Below are positions 30,617 to 38,766 of a DNA stretch of 64,000 nucleotides, in pieces. The notes under the pieces were generated by a model that searched no databases, was not told the origin of the DNA, and saw only the letters and a list, made by a program, of their open reading frames with translations. The position numbers and the translations under genes were made by a program. Numbering within the stretch: the first letter of the stretch is position 1; each line of letters starts with the position of its first letter. Source of the stretch: an uncultured virus (IMG/VR IMGVR_UViG_3300032307_000957) (Duplodnaviria; Heunggongvirae; Uroviricota; Caudoviricetes); IMG/VR virus record IMGVR_UViG_3300032307_000957; one strand, given 5' to 3'.

Positions 30617-31740
30617 AAAGGGTGAAACCTGAACGACCGGGATTGACAAGGTTCCGAATCATCATTAAAAGAATGTTGATTACCTAAGTTTCTTTTACAA
30701 TATGACCCTCATGCCCCTATAATGAAAAGACGCGAGTCTAATCAATAGGGCCCGGCTCCGGAAGGCCAGGTAATCTTACCAATTACCAGCCAATAATTCC
30801 CTAGCGTATGAGGTAAGCGGACCGAAGCTATCAGGGATAATCCCTAATAATTCCCCAGTCCCCCCATAAAGTAAGGTATCTTACTCGGGGCCGATACAGT
30901 CGGATAAGAAACCTAAACAGTTTCGAATGGTAGCCTCTCACGGCGCGGTGGAAGGAAGATAGAAAAGTGTAGGTTCGGCTTTCAAGGTTGCAGCGGGATA
31001 TGCCTTGAATTCTAATTAAACGACTCTTTTCCGGTTTGATGCCTGGATTAGTGACAAGTAACGGAGCGAGTAGTTTTAGAGGATTCTTTATTCGATACCG
31101 GATAAAGAATAGCTCGGAATGAAAGTGGATGAACGCACACTAACGTAACAGAAGGCTAGAAGGAAAGAGAAACGAAACGCTCGAAAGTTTCCCATGGTGC
31201 TGTAACTTGGCGGACGTAATATCCTAGCAGTTAACTAGGTGGTCATAAGTAAGAAACTTTCGAGGAGAAAAGATTAAGGTTGAGCGAGAAAGGAAACTTT
31301 CTCGTTCCCTTGAATCCAGAAAGAAAAAAAATAGTGAAGTGTTTTTTGTCTCATATCTTTCTGGATTCAAGGGAGCGTAAGCTCCACTTAAAAGAAAAAA
31401 AAGTAAAAGAAAAAAAGTAAAAGAAAAAAAAGTAAAAGTAAAAAACTCCCTACTAGTAAAAAAGTTCAAAAAAAGTATAGTAAAAAAGTTCAAAAGAGGT
31501 TGTGGGTAAACCTAGGAAACCCTCTCTATAACTTCAAAAGGTTTTAGTCTGAGTGTAATCATAACAATGTTCCGGGTTTTACCGGAAAGCTAAGGGATGA
31601 TAAATAAGCCTCTCGATAGGTTGTCCTATGCTAGAGGTTTCATGAGCGCAAGTCATGATGCGCATATTGAATAAATAATCATCCGATTACTGTATGGTTG
31701 CAAACAGAAAGTAATAAACTGATAATCCCGAGGGATTGCC
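30611..31740 (+). ncRNA. Candidate large structured non-coding RNA or leader (ends uncertain)
   Basis: No credible ORF; many stems including a perfect 19-bp and a perfect 12-bp inverted repeat. Confidence 0.45.
31391..31495 (+). repeat. A-rich tandem repeats
   Basis: AAAAGAAAAAAAGT about 3 times; TAGTAAAAAAGTTCAAAA twice. Confidence 0.6.
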
Positions 31741-31796
31741 CAAAGACGGAGAATCAGGTTACATTCAGACTAAAACTTTTCGAAAGGAAAAGAAAT

Positions 31797-32003
31797 ATGA
31801 AAACGAGCAAGTTTCAATACATGCGCAAGAGTGGTGAAGTGATCGAACAGAAAGCGGAAGCTACCATTATGCAAGAAGCTTTCGAAACCATCACGGAAAC
31901 TCAAGTCATGGAATATGACCCTTTCCAGAAAGAATCGAAAAGTCTGGAACATGTTGGAATGTTGGTTTCCGGAATCGAAATTCAGGAACCCCATTTCTTC
32001 TGA
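31797..32003 (+). CDS. Hypothetical protein
   Basis: ATG 31797 with AAAGGA upstream. Confidence 0.6.
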   Translation: MKTSKFQYMRKSGEVIEQKAEATIMQEAFETITETQVMEYDPFQKESKSLEHVGMLVSGIEIQEPHFF

Positions 32004-32051
32004 GAGTGTAAATAAGAATCTGATATAAACCTACACGGGAGAAAAGCAATC

Positions 32052-32255
32052 ATGAAGGTTTTCACTCTTGACAAGCTGAAGTTTTGGAGTAAAAAGAATC
32101 TCCTGAACGCAATCAAAAGGATGCAAGCTCAAGAATCTGATTACAATCAGGTTGCAATTCAAGATTTTTCTTACACTGGAAAAGTGGCAAGAAAGCGAGC
32201 AATCCAAGCAAGAAAGAATATGGTGGTTCTGGAAATTGCTCTTCAAGGAAAATAA
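32052..32255 (+). CDS. Hypothetical protein
   Basis: GGGAG RBS, ORF. Confidence 0.6.
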   Translation: MKVFTLDKLKFWSKKNLLNAIKRMQAQESDYNQVAIQDFSYTGKVARKRAIQARKNMVVLEIALQGK

Positions 32256-32263
32256 AGCTATAT

Positions 32264-32491
32264 ATGGAACAATCTAACTGGGATTGGAAAAAGGTTCAGA
32301 ATCTTATTGATTCGCCTCAAGTTTCCAGTAACCTACCTATCACCTACTCAATAAAAGTGAGTGATATTTACTGTCTGATTGTTCCGGATGAAAGCAAGCG
32401 GACGCGAGAAGATTATCGATCCTTTCAAGATGGTTTGTCGAAAGCTATAAAAGAAGGAAAGATAACAGGATTCAAAGTTCAAAAAGGGTAA
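32264..32491 (+). CDS. Short paralog of the 32625 winged-helix-like protein
   Basis: DIYCLIVPDESKRT...SFQ.GLS.A...GK.TGF shared. Confidence 0.7.
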   Translation: MEQSNWDWKKVQNLIDSPQVSSNLPITYSIKVSDIYCLIVPDESKRTREDYRSFQDGLSKAIKEGKITGFKVQKG

Positions 32492-32624
32492 TTGTTCTTT
32501 ATCTGTTCTTATGATATAAGGACAGAGATAAGCGCAATCACAATAAAAAGCGCTGGTTCGGTTGTTATGGAATGGTTCCATTCTAATTGAACCGTTTATG
32601 AAAACAATAATAGGAGTATATATT

Positions 32625-33143
32625 ATGGCACGTACGAGTCAGTGGAATTGGGAAAATGTTCAGGTAATCATCCAAGCAAACATGACCGCAAAGGGTCTCA
32701 CGTCCAAGGACATTTATTGTCTGGTCGTTCCGGATGAAAGCAAGCGGACGAAGGAGAATTATTCCTCCTTCCAGGTAGGCCTTTCGAATGCTCTCCGAGA
32801 CGGAAAGCTTACCGGATTCGAGACCAAGAAGGGTGTGGGCGGAGGGCTTTTCCGAGCCGGAGAAGTCCCGAAGTCCGAGAAGGGTTCCGATTTTCCGAGC
32901 TTCCCGACCAAGACTATCAAGGTCGGGGGAGTGGAAATGAAGATCAAGGCCGGAGGAGTATCTCTCAAGCATAACGGGGCTACTTTCTCTAAGCTCAGTC
33001 ATGCGGACGGATTCCGCAAGGCGGCCGAACTTCTGGTCCTGGACGGAGCCGAGGAAGCTCGGAGCTTGGAAGACTTGGTTGCCCTTGTCGAGGACAATAT
33101 GAGCAAGGTTCAGGCCGCGCTTTCGAGTCTCACGGCCGAGTAA
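32625..33143 (+). CDS. Winged-helix-like DNA-binding protein, GC-rich codons
   Basis: AGGAG RBS before ATG 32625; wing-like ETKKGVGGGLFR. Confidence 0.65.
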   Translation: MARTSQWNWENVQVIIQANMTAKGLTSKDIYCLVVPDESKRTKENYSSFQVGLSNALRDGKLTGFETKKGVGGGLFRAGEVPKSEKGSDFPSFPTKTIKVGGVEMKIKAGGVSLKHNGATFSKLSHADGFRKAAELLVLDGAEEARSLEDLVALVEDNMSKVQAALSSLTAE

Positions 33144-33215
33144 ACCCAAGTTCGAAAAACTGAATAAAAACGGAAACTTAAAAAATAGTTTCTTAACAAG
33201 TTAGGAAACGGAATT

Positions 33216-33282
33216 GGGGAATGTGGAAGCATTCCCCATTCGCTTCAGTGTATAACAATATTATATATTGAATCGAGTGAAA
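33216..33282 (+). repeat. Structured intergenic element, copy 1
   Basis: GGGAATG..CATTCCC hairpin plus long second hairpin; near-identical to 33692-33757. Confidence 0.75.
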
Positions 33283-33305
33283 TGGATTCCATACCAAAAT
33301 AAAAG

Positions 33306-33686
33306 GTGATAAAAATGGAAATGCAAAAACTTTTCAAGGCATTGTCTCAATTGTATGATGCCAGAAGTACGTTACATTCGGCTTTCACATGCAAGAGAAT
33401 CGAAAATAACTTTCGTGCGAAATATTCAAAGCAAGAAAGTTTTTATCACTTGATCAAAAAATATAAGAATAATGCGAAAAGTGCCAAAAACAATTTTGAT
33501 TGGCACATGAGCAACATTCAAAATATGATTGGTCAAGATGTATTCTCTTTCATGGAGAATTACAATCCGGCCGAAGTAAATAACAAAGACACAAGAGAAA
33601 AAATAATCGAACATATCCGTAACGTTCTGATGGATATTCGTGAATACATGACTCTTTGGGAAGCGGAAAACAATAAAGCTTTCTAA
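33306..33686 (+). CDS. Hypothetical protein
   Basis: ORF between the two repeat copies. Confidence 0.7.
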   Translation: MIKMEMQKLFKALSQLYDARSTLHSAFTCKRIENNFRAKYSKQESFYHLIKKYKNNAKSAKNNFDWHMSNIQNMIGQDVFSFMENYNPAEVNNKDTREKIIEHIRNVLMDIREYMTLWEAENNKAF

Positions 33687-33691
33687 AGTAA

Positions 33692-33757
33692 GGGAATGCA
33701 CAAGCATTCCCCATTCGCTTCAGCATATAACAAGATTATATATTGAATCGAGTGAAA
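33692..33757 (+). repeat. Structured intergenic element, copy 2
   Basis: Same two hairpins as copy 1. Confidence 0.75.
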
Positions 33758-33801
33758 AGAATTCCATTCTTCTAACAAAAACCTTTCAGGGTATAAGAAA
33801 A

Positions 33802-34176
33802 ATGAATAAATGTTACCTAAATCTAGTAATCAAAACATCTTCAAATCATCCTGAAATCATTTCTGCGGGGACTTGTTCAGAGAGTCCGGACGAGTTAGCT
33901 CCCTTTGGAAAAAAGGAATATGCCTGCATTACGGTAACTGATGGCAGTACATATGACGAAGCCTATAGAAAAATGATAAAGCATATCAATTCTAATAAGA
34001 ATTTGTATGCTTGGTTTTTGCATTTGATGGATGCACATATTTTCAAAGGATCTGATGATCCTGATGAAGTTGAGCTATTCAATTTCATTACCGAAGAAAA
34101 AGAAAAGAAAGAGGTATACGAAGAACTTTATGCAAGAACTGGTCTAGCGTATAATCAATTTGATTGTCATCAGTAA
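33802..34176 (+). CDS. Hypothetical protein
   Basis: ORF. Confidence 0.65.
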   Translation: MNKCYLNLVIKTSSNHPEIISAGTCSESPDELAPFGKKEYACITVTDGSTYDEAYRKMIKHINSNKNLYAWFLHLMDAHIFKGSDDPDEVELFNFITEEKEKKEVYEELYARTGLAYNQFDCHQ

Positions 34177-34222
34177 ATTCTGATAAATAAACAGATTCCA
34201 TTCTTTGTTTGGAAGGAAAAAT

Positions 34223-34441
34223 ATGGACAGAGAAATTGTTGAATGTTTATCTTGCGGACTGTATTATGGACGCAAGAAAGTTACCCATAATGATTATATA
34301 TTCCGAATATCTCTTTGTCCAGGTTGCGACCTTCCATTTATTGTGGGATATAAAGACTTGGACAGAAATAAGTATAACCTCTCCGAGTTGAGAGAAAAAG
34401 CTTATGGAGATATTAAGTTAAGCGGAAGGTGGGTTAGATAA
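34223..34441 (+). CDS. Zn-ribbon hypothetical protein
   Basis: CLSC...CPGC; AAGGA RBS. Confidence 0.6.
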   Translation: MDREIVECLSCGLYYGRKKVTHNDYIFRISLCPGCDLPFIVGYKDLDRNKYNLSELREKAYGDIKLSGRWVR

Positions 34442-34483
34442 TAAATAACCTTTCCAAACAAGAACCTTTCAAAGGATAAGAAA

Positions 34484-34792
34484 ATGAAAGCATCGGAGAT
34501 TTTGAGGGAAGCGGTTAAACTACCGTGGACTAAAAAACTACTAGCTAAAAATTCTGATAATCAGCTTGTTATGCCTCTCGACGAAAAAGCCATCTGTTTT
34601 TGTTCTGTTGGGAGAATTGATAAAGCAGGGCTCTGTAGAAAGTCTAAAGCATATAATTACTTAGCTAGAGCTATAGGGATAGAAAGCGAAAGCTATATTC
34701 CAGCTTGGAACGACGCCCCAGAACGCACCAAGGAACAAGTTGACGCGGCTTTTCTTGCAGCGGCCGAACTTGCAGAAAAAGAAGGAAACTAA
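34484..34792 (+). CDS. Hypothetical phage protein
   Basis: CFCSVG...WNDAPERTKEQV pattern. Confidence 0.7.
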   Translation: MKASEILREAVKLPWTKKLLAKNSDNQLVMPLDEKAICFCSVGRIDKAGLCRKSKAYNYLARAIGIESESYIPAWNDAPERTKEQVDAAFLAAAELAEKEGN

Positions 34793-34816
34793 TCATTCCT
34801 TGATATATAACTCTTT

Positions 34817-35533
34817 GTGAATAAAGAGATAAAGAAACAAAGAGTTATAGATTACCGGAAAAAACTCAAGATAAAATGCGTTCAATATAAAGGTGGGAAA
34901 TGTCAATTGTGCGGTTATGATAAGTGCATGCGAGCACTTACATTTCATCATATAGATCCCACTCAAAAAGAATTCGGAATATCTTCCCGGTTAAGAAAGT
35001 GGGAGATAATAAAACAAGAGCTTGACAAGTGCCAGTTATTGTGTCAAAACTGTCATTGTGAAGTTCATGAATTAGAGTTCAATAAAGAATCCAATCTCCA
35101 ATTCTTAAAAGAAAAACGCATAGATAAAGAAAAAAACTCAACCGAAGTTAAATGTGAACAATGCGATAAGTTGTTCATAAAACCAAATTCAAAGTTAAAG
35201 AGGAGAAACTTTTGTTCGGTTGAATGTAAAAAGGGATTCTTTAATACATGGCCAAAAGATGAAGAGTTAATTGAACTATTTAAGTCATGCACAATAAAAG
35301 AAATAAGTGTATTGCTTGGTAAGGGAGAGAAACTTATTCTGAATAAAAGAACGGGATTCTTCAAAGATGGAAGATTAAAGAAGAAAAAGAAAGCTTTCAA
35401 TATAGTTTGGCCAGATGATAAAGAATTGGAAAACTTATTGAAAGAAAAGACTTATAAAGAAGTTTCGAAACATATAGGTGTATCGATTCATTCTTTGTTT
35501 AATAGAATAAAGAAAAGAAACATTCCGATTTAG
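34817..35533 (+). CDS. HNH endonuclease overlapping tRNA-Asn
   Basis: GGKCQLCGY, LTFHHIDP, ELDKCQLLCQNCH; C-terminal HTH-like segments. Confidence 0.85.
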   Translation: MNKEIKKQRVIDYRKKLKIKCVQYKGGKCQLCGYDKCMRALTFHHIDPTQKEFGISSRLRKWEIIKQELDKCQLLCQNCHCEVHELEFNKESNLQFLKEKRIDKEKNSTEVKCEQCDKLFIKPNSKLKRRNFCSVECKKGFFNTWPKDEELIELFKSCTIKEISVLLGKGEKLILNKRTGFFKDGRLKKKKKAFNIVWPDDKELENLLKEKTYKEVSKHIGVSIHSLFNRIKKRNIPI

Positions 35534-35598
35534 CTCAGAGGAAGAGCGGCAAACTGTTAATTTGCGGGTCCTAGGTTCGATCCCTAGAGTCGGAGCCA
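35524..35598 (+). tRNA. tRNA-Asn(GUU)
   Basis: Acceptor TCCGATT/AGTCGGA, anticodon arm GCAAA-CTGTTAA-TTTGC, GGTTCGA, encoded CCA. Confidence 0.9.
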
Positions 35599-35629
35599 AT
35601 ATATAATTCCTTTAACATTAAGGATTCAT

Positions 35630-35869
35630 ATGACAAACATAAGCGTGGATCTTTATTCTCTTGCGATTGGAATTCAATCCAAGATTGAAAAAGAAGCTCA
35701 AGAAACAACTCCCGGAAACAAAAGAAACAATTTGCTTTTGATTGGTTCATCTTTGAGAAATTCGATTGAATCTTTCAAGGAAGGAATTGAAACCAAGGAA
35801 GAATTTGTTTCGAATTTCAAATATGAGATTGGACGTGCTCGCAAGCATGGAGTGAACATTCAGATTTAA
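35630..35869 (+). CDS. Hypothetical protein
   Basis: AAGGA RBS, ORF. Confidence 0.65.
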   Translation: MTNISVDLYSLAIGIQSKIEKEAQETTPGNKRNNLLLIGSSLRNSIESFKEGIETKEEFVSNFKYEIGRARKHGVNIQI

Positions 35870-36236
35870 CAAAAAGAAAATATATTAAAAACTTTCCGGG
35901 ATAATTGATTCATAATTAAAAACTATGCTTAATTTCCCGGCTTACCTGTAAAAAAGGTAAGTGCTCATAAACGCAATTCATTAAATTGGATTGGTTGTGA
36001 TAAGCTAGTTCACTTGGGCCAAGAGTGAATGAAATTTGAAAACAAACTGGACATATTGAATAAACGGTTTGAGTCCGCATATTTTGTTTACGTTTTAATG
36101 TTACTGGCAATAGAGATAAATGTAAGCGGGCACTGGGAGTTCCCGTAATTCATTTGTAATGGAGGAAGCTTAGGTTTCCATAGAAGTTATAAAGAAGACT
36201 CCATTTTCAACTATACCTAATATAGGAAAAACAAAA

Positions 36237-36416
36237 ATGTATAACATTAAGGTTTCTTTGAGGCGCAATGAAGCGGGAAACATTGAGGCTTATAGGCCCG
36301 ATGAAGATCTCATTATTGATACCTTTGACGGTGTTATGTGGCTTTCTTCCGTCTTCATGATGGAAGAAGACATCACGAAAGATGCAATCAGGATGTACTC
36401 CCAATATGATTGTTAA
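36237..36416 (+). CDS. 59-aa hypothetical protein (below track cutoff)
   Basis: MYNIKVSLRRNEAG...YSQYDC; AGGA upstream. Confidence 0.55.
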   Translation: MYNIKVSLRRNEAGNIEAYRPDEDLIIDTFDGVMWLSSVFMMEEDITKDAIRMYSQYDC

Positions 36417-36429
36417 TATTCTTTCATAA

Positions 36430-36473
36430 GTGTAGTGGATTTTTTATAGGTTCGACTCCTATATTACACGCCA
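36430..36473 (+). ncRNA. tRNA minihelix-like element (acceptor stem plus T arm only)
   Basis: GTGTAGT-GGATTTTTT-ATAGG-TTCGACT-CCTAT-ATTACAC-G-CCA. Confidence 0.6.
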
Positions 36474-36553
36474 TGTAAAAGATAACTTTAGGTGTATCTT
36501 AAATATCATCCTAGAGCTTTTACAGTTTTCCCTAAAATGGGTTAAGACATTTT

Positions 36554-36640
36554 GAGGGAATAATTGGGGGAGTACCGGCCCTGACTTCTAATCAGGTGTA
36601 CCGTAATTGGATTATGTGGGTTCGAATCCCTCCTTCCTCG
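36554..36640 (+). tRNA. Atypical tRNA-Arg(UCU) with long variable region
   Basis: CCTGA-CTTCTAA-TCAGG arm, GGGTTCGAATCCC T arm, irregular D arm. Confidence 0.6.
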
Positions 36641-36671
36641 CAAATATAAAATCTCTAAAAGAAAGCTTCAT

Positions 36672-36935
36672 ATGAAAGACTTAAGAACTCTTTTGCCTTC
36701 TTTCGCCAAAGAAGAACTCAAAAATGAAGTCTCCAAGAGATTAAAAGTTTTGATTGACAAACATGGTATTACCAATTACTATGGCGAAATCAAAACTTCC
36801 TTTCAAATTAACATTGGGATGGAATTAACGTATGATTACCCATACTTAAATGATATGTGTGATTATACAAAGTGGTACCGTGAAGCCTTCAAAGAAGCCT
36901 CTGATGAGGCAATTAAAAATAAGGAAATAAAATGA
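36672..36935 (+). CDS. Hypothetical protein
   Basis: ORF. Confidence 0.65.
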   Translation: MKDLRTLLPSFAKEELKNEVSKRLKVLIDKHGITNYYGEIKTSFQINIGMELTYDYPYLNDMCDYTKWYREAFKEASDEAIKNKEIK

Positions 36936-37294
36936 AAGCTACAATTACTAAAATATCTAGAGATGTAATTCACCTTTCAGATGGGTCAAAGATTTATTCT
37001 GATCATATACAGGATTGCTGCGAAAATCATTATTTGGATTTTTCCAATGAAGTAAATGATGGTAAACATTCCGACCTTTTGGGGATGGAGTTGGACCTTA
37101 GCGGAATCTTTTTCAATAAGGTTCCTGATTATGGAATTGAGTTTGTATCAAGTGATAAAAGAAAATTTGTTCGTATTCCTGGATATGGGTCCAATAATGG
37201 GTATTATGGTACAGATTTAACTCTAGTATTGGAAAAAAATGATGGCAGTAAAGTTACTTGGGATATTTCAGAATGCCAAGTAATTACTGATTGA
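36932..37294 (+). CDS. Hypothetical phage protein
   Basis: HIQDCCE and GSNNGYYG motifs. Confidence 0.7.
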   Translation: MKATITKISRDVIHLSDGSKIYSDHIQDCCENHYLDFSNEVNDGKHSDLLGMELDLSGIFFNKVPDYGIEFVSSDKRKFVRIPGYGSNNGYYGTDLTLVLEKNDGSKVTWDISECQVITD

Positions 37295-37300
37295 ATAATT

Positions 37301-37385
37301 GGGGAGTTGGTGGAATTTGGTAGACACAGCTGACTCAAAATCAGCCGCTATAAAAAGCGTAACGGTTCGAGTCCGTTACTCCCCA
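37301..37385 (+). tRNA. tRNA-Leu(CAA)
   Basis: GGGGAGT/ACTCCCC acceptor, GCTGA-CTCAAAA-TCAGC, long variable arm. Confidence 0.9.
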
Positions 37386-37490
37386 CTAGTATGATTCATT
37401 TATACTTGATGCATAAAAGGTAAAAGAATCATATGAAACCAATCAAAAACGTATTGTTTGGTTGTTCTTGATCTTAATGATACAAGAACA

Positions 37491-37565
37491 GACGTATATC
37501 TTCTAACGGTAAGGATATGGAGAAACTAATTCCAAGATGTTGGTTCGAACCCAACTATACGTCCA
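37491..37565 (+). ncRNA. tRNA-like element with non-canonical anticodon loop
   Basis: GACGTATA/TATACGTC stem, GTTGG-TTCGAAC-CCAAC, loop AAACTAA lacks U33. Confidence 0.55.
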
Positions 37566-37587
37566 AATTATAAAGAAAGGTTAAATT

Positions 37588-37860
37588 ATGAAATGCCATG
37601 AGCTTCGAGAAGAAATCTTAAATCAATCTTTTGAAAGAATCATTCAGTATATTAAAAATAACCACCAAACTGGAAAGGTTGAACTGAAGTTATCTATTAG
37701 TAATAGATATGAAATTCAGTTATACGACCTTGGAGATCATATTTCCTTGCTTGAAGAGGATTTTAATTCCTTGTGCAGGCAACTTGCTTTTGCAGGTTAT
37801 AATGTTGAAACTAACAGATATAACAAAAAAGCTTGCACATTTAAAATCAGCGGTTGGTAA
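37588..37860 (+). CDS. Hypothetical protein, GY..GW family
   Basis: ELR...GYNV...ISGW. Confidence 0.7.
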   Translation: MKCHELREEILNQSFERIIQYIKNNHQTGKVELKLSISNRYEIQLYDLGDHISLLEEDFNSLCRQLAFAGYNVETNRYNKKACTFKISGW

Positions 37861-38361
37861 TAAATAGAATAATTTCCTTTTAATTGATCATAAATAATAT
37901 GGTCAATGATAAAGGAATTCATTCAATTCCTTTAACTTTAATTATGGAGGTTGCCATGTGACGTAAAGTCATACATATATAAATCTTTGAAATGTTTATG
38001 ATTATTGATTATTGAGTTTGGTTTTTCTTTTGTCCTACATAACCTTTGTTTGGGGGTGTTCATCATGCGCTAATCTAATCCTTTTTTAATTTTTAACTTT
38101 TATTTTTAATTTTTAACTTTTATAGATATTGGTCAATTGCTTTTGGATTAACATTAATATAAATACAAACATGCGACTCTGAATATAGCGCCATTGGGGA
38201 GGCGCAATAACATAAATATACCCTGCAATATATTTGGGTTATAGTAAGTGGTATAAAGTCCATAAATAAAGGTTAAAGTAAAAATTAAAGGCTTATGGTC
38301 TTTTATCCTCCATAAATAATAAATGTTATGGAGGAGATAAAGATAATAATCTGAAAGGATA

Positions 38362-38760
38362 ATGAAAATGGAAATTAACTGGTCAAGATCGATAGAGATT
38401 ATTGGAGAAGAAGATCAACTTCACTCAGTAAAAATTAATCCATATCATATTGTATATATAGATAATCCTTCTGAGGAAGTAAAACTTTCTGCCGTTGTAA
38501 GAAATGGGTTAGCAATTCAATATATTCACAATCCTTCTGAGGAAGTTAAACTCGTGGCAGTTGTGCAAAACGGGAATGCAATTCAATACATTCATAATCC
38601 TTCCGAAGAAGTTATGAAGGCTGCTCTTTCGCAAGAACCTGATTGCATTCAGTATTTCAAACAATCTTGGAAGAAAAACATTAAATCCAAGACAAAGATG
38701 ACCGTAGAAGAAATTGAAGAGAAACTTGGATATAAAGTAGAAATTGTATCCGACAAGTAA
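38362..38760 (+). CDS. NPSEEV-repeat protein (DUF4116-like)
   Basis: IQYIHNPSEEV.L.AV repeats; tail MTVEEIEEKLGYKVEIVSDK. Confidence 0.8.
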   Translation: MKMEINWSRSIEIIGEEDQLHSVKINPYHIVYIDNPSEEVKLSAVVRNGLAIQYIHNPSEEVKLVAVVQNGNAIQYIHNPSEEVMKAALSQEPDCIQYFKQSWKKNIKSKTKMTVEEIEEKLGYKVEIVSDK

Positions 38761-38766
38761 AACAAA

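Noticed and set aside
32583..33149. 188-aa minus-strand ORF and other antisense or alternate-frame ORFs in the track (2158, 3327, 27255, 28679, 31224, 35065, 43242, 46639, 60386)
   Set aside because: They shadow better-supported genes, RNAs or low-complexity tracts and show no motifs or ribosome-binding sites.
29830..33770. CRISPR array among the repeats
   Set aside because: No run of identical repeats with regular unique spacers, and no cas genes.
36430..36473. 3' end of a tmRNA
   Set aside because: No G3-U70 pair or A discriminator, and the matching 5' strand lies only 9 nt before the T arm.
36581..36595. Amber suppressor (CUA) reading of the odd tRNA
   Set aside because: The 5-bp stem frames loop CTTCTAA, which centres on TCT.
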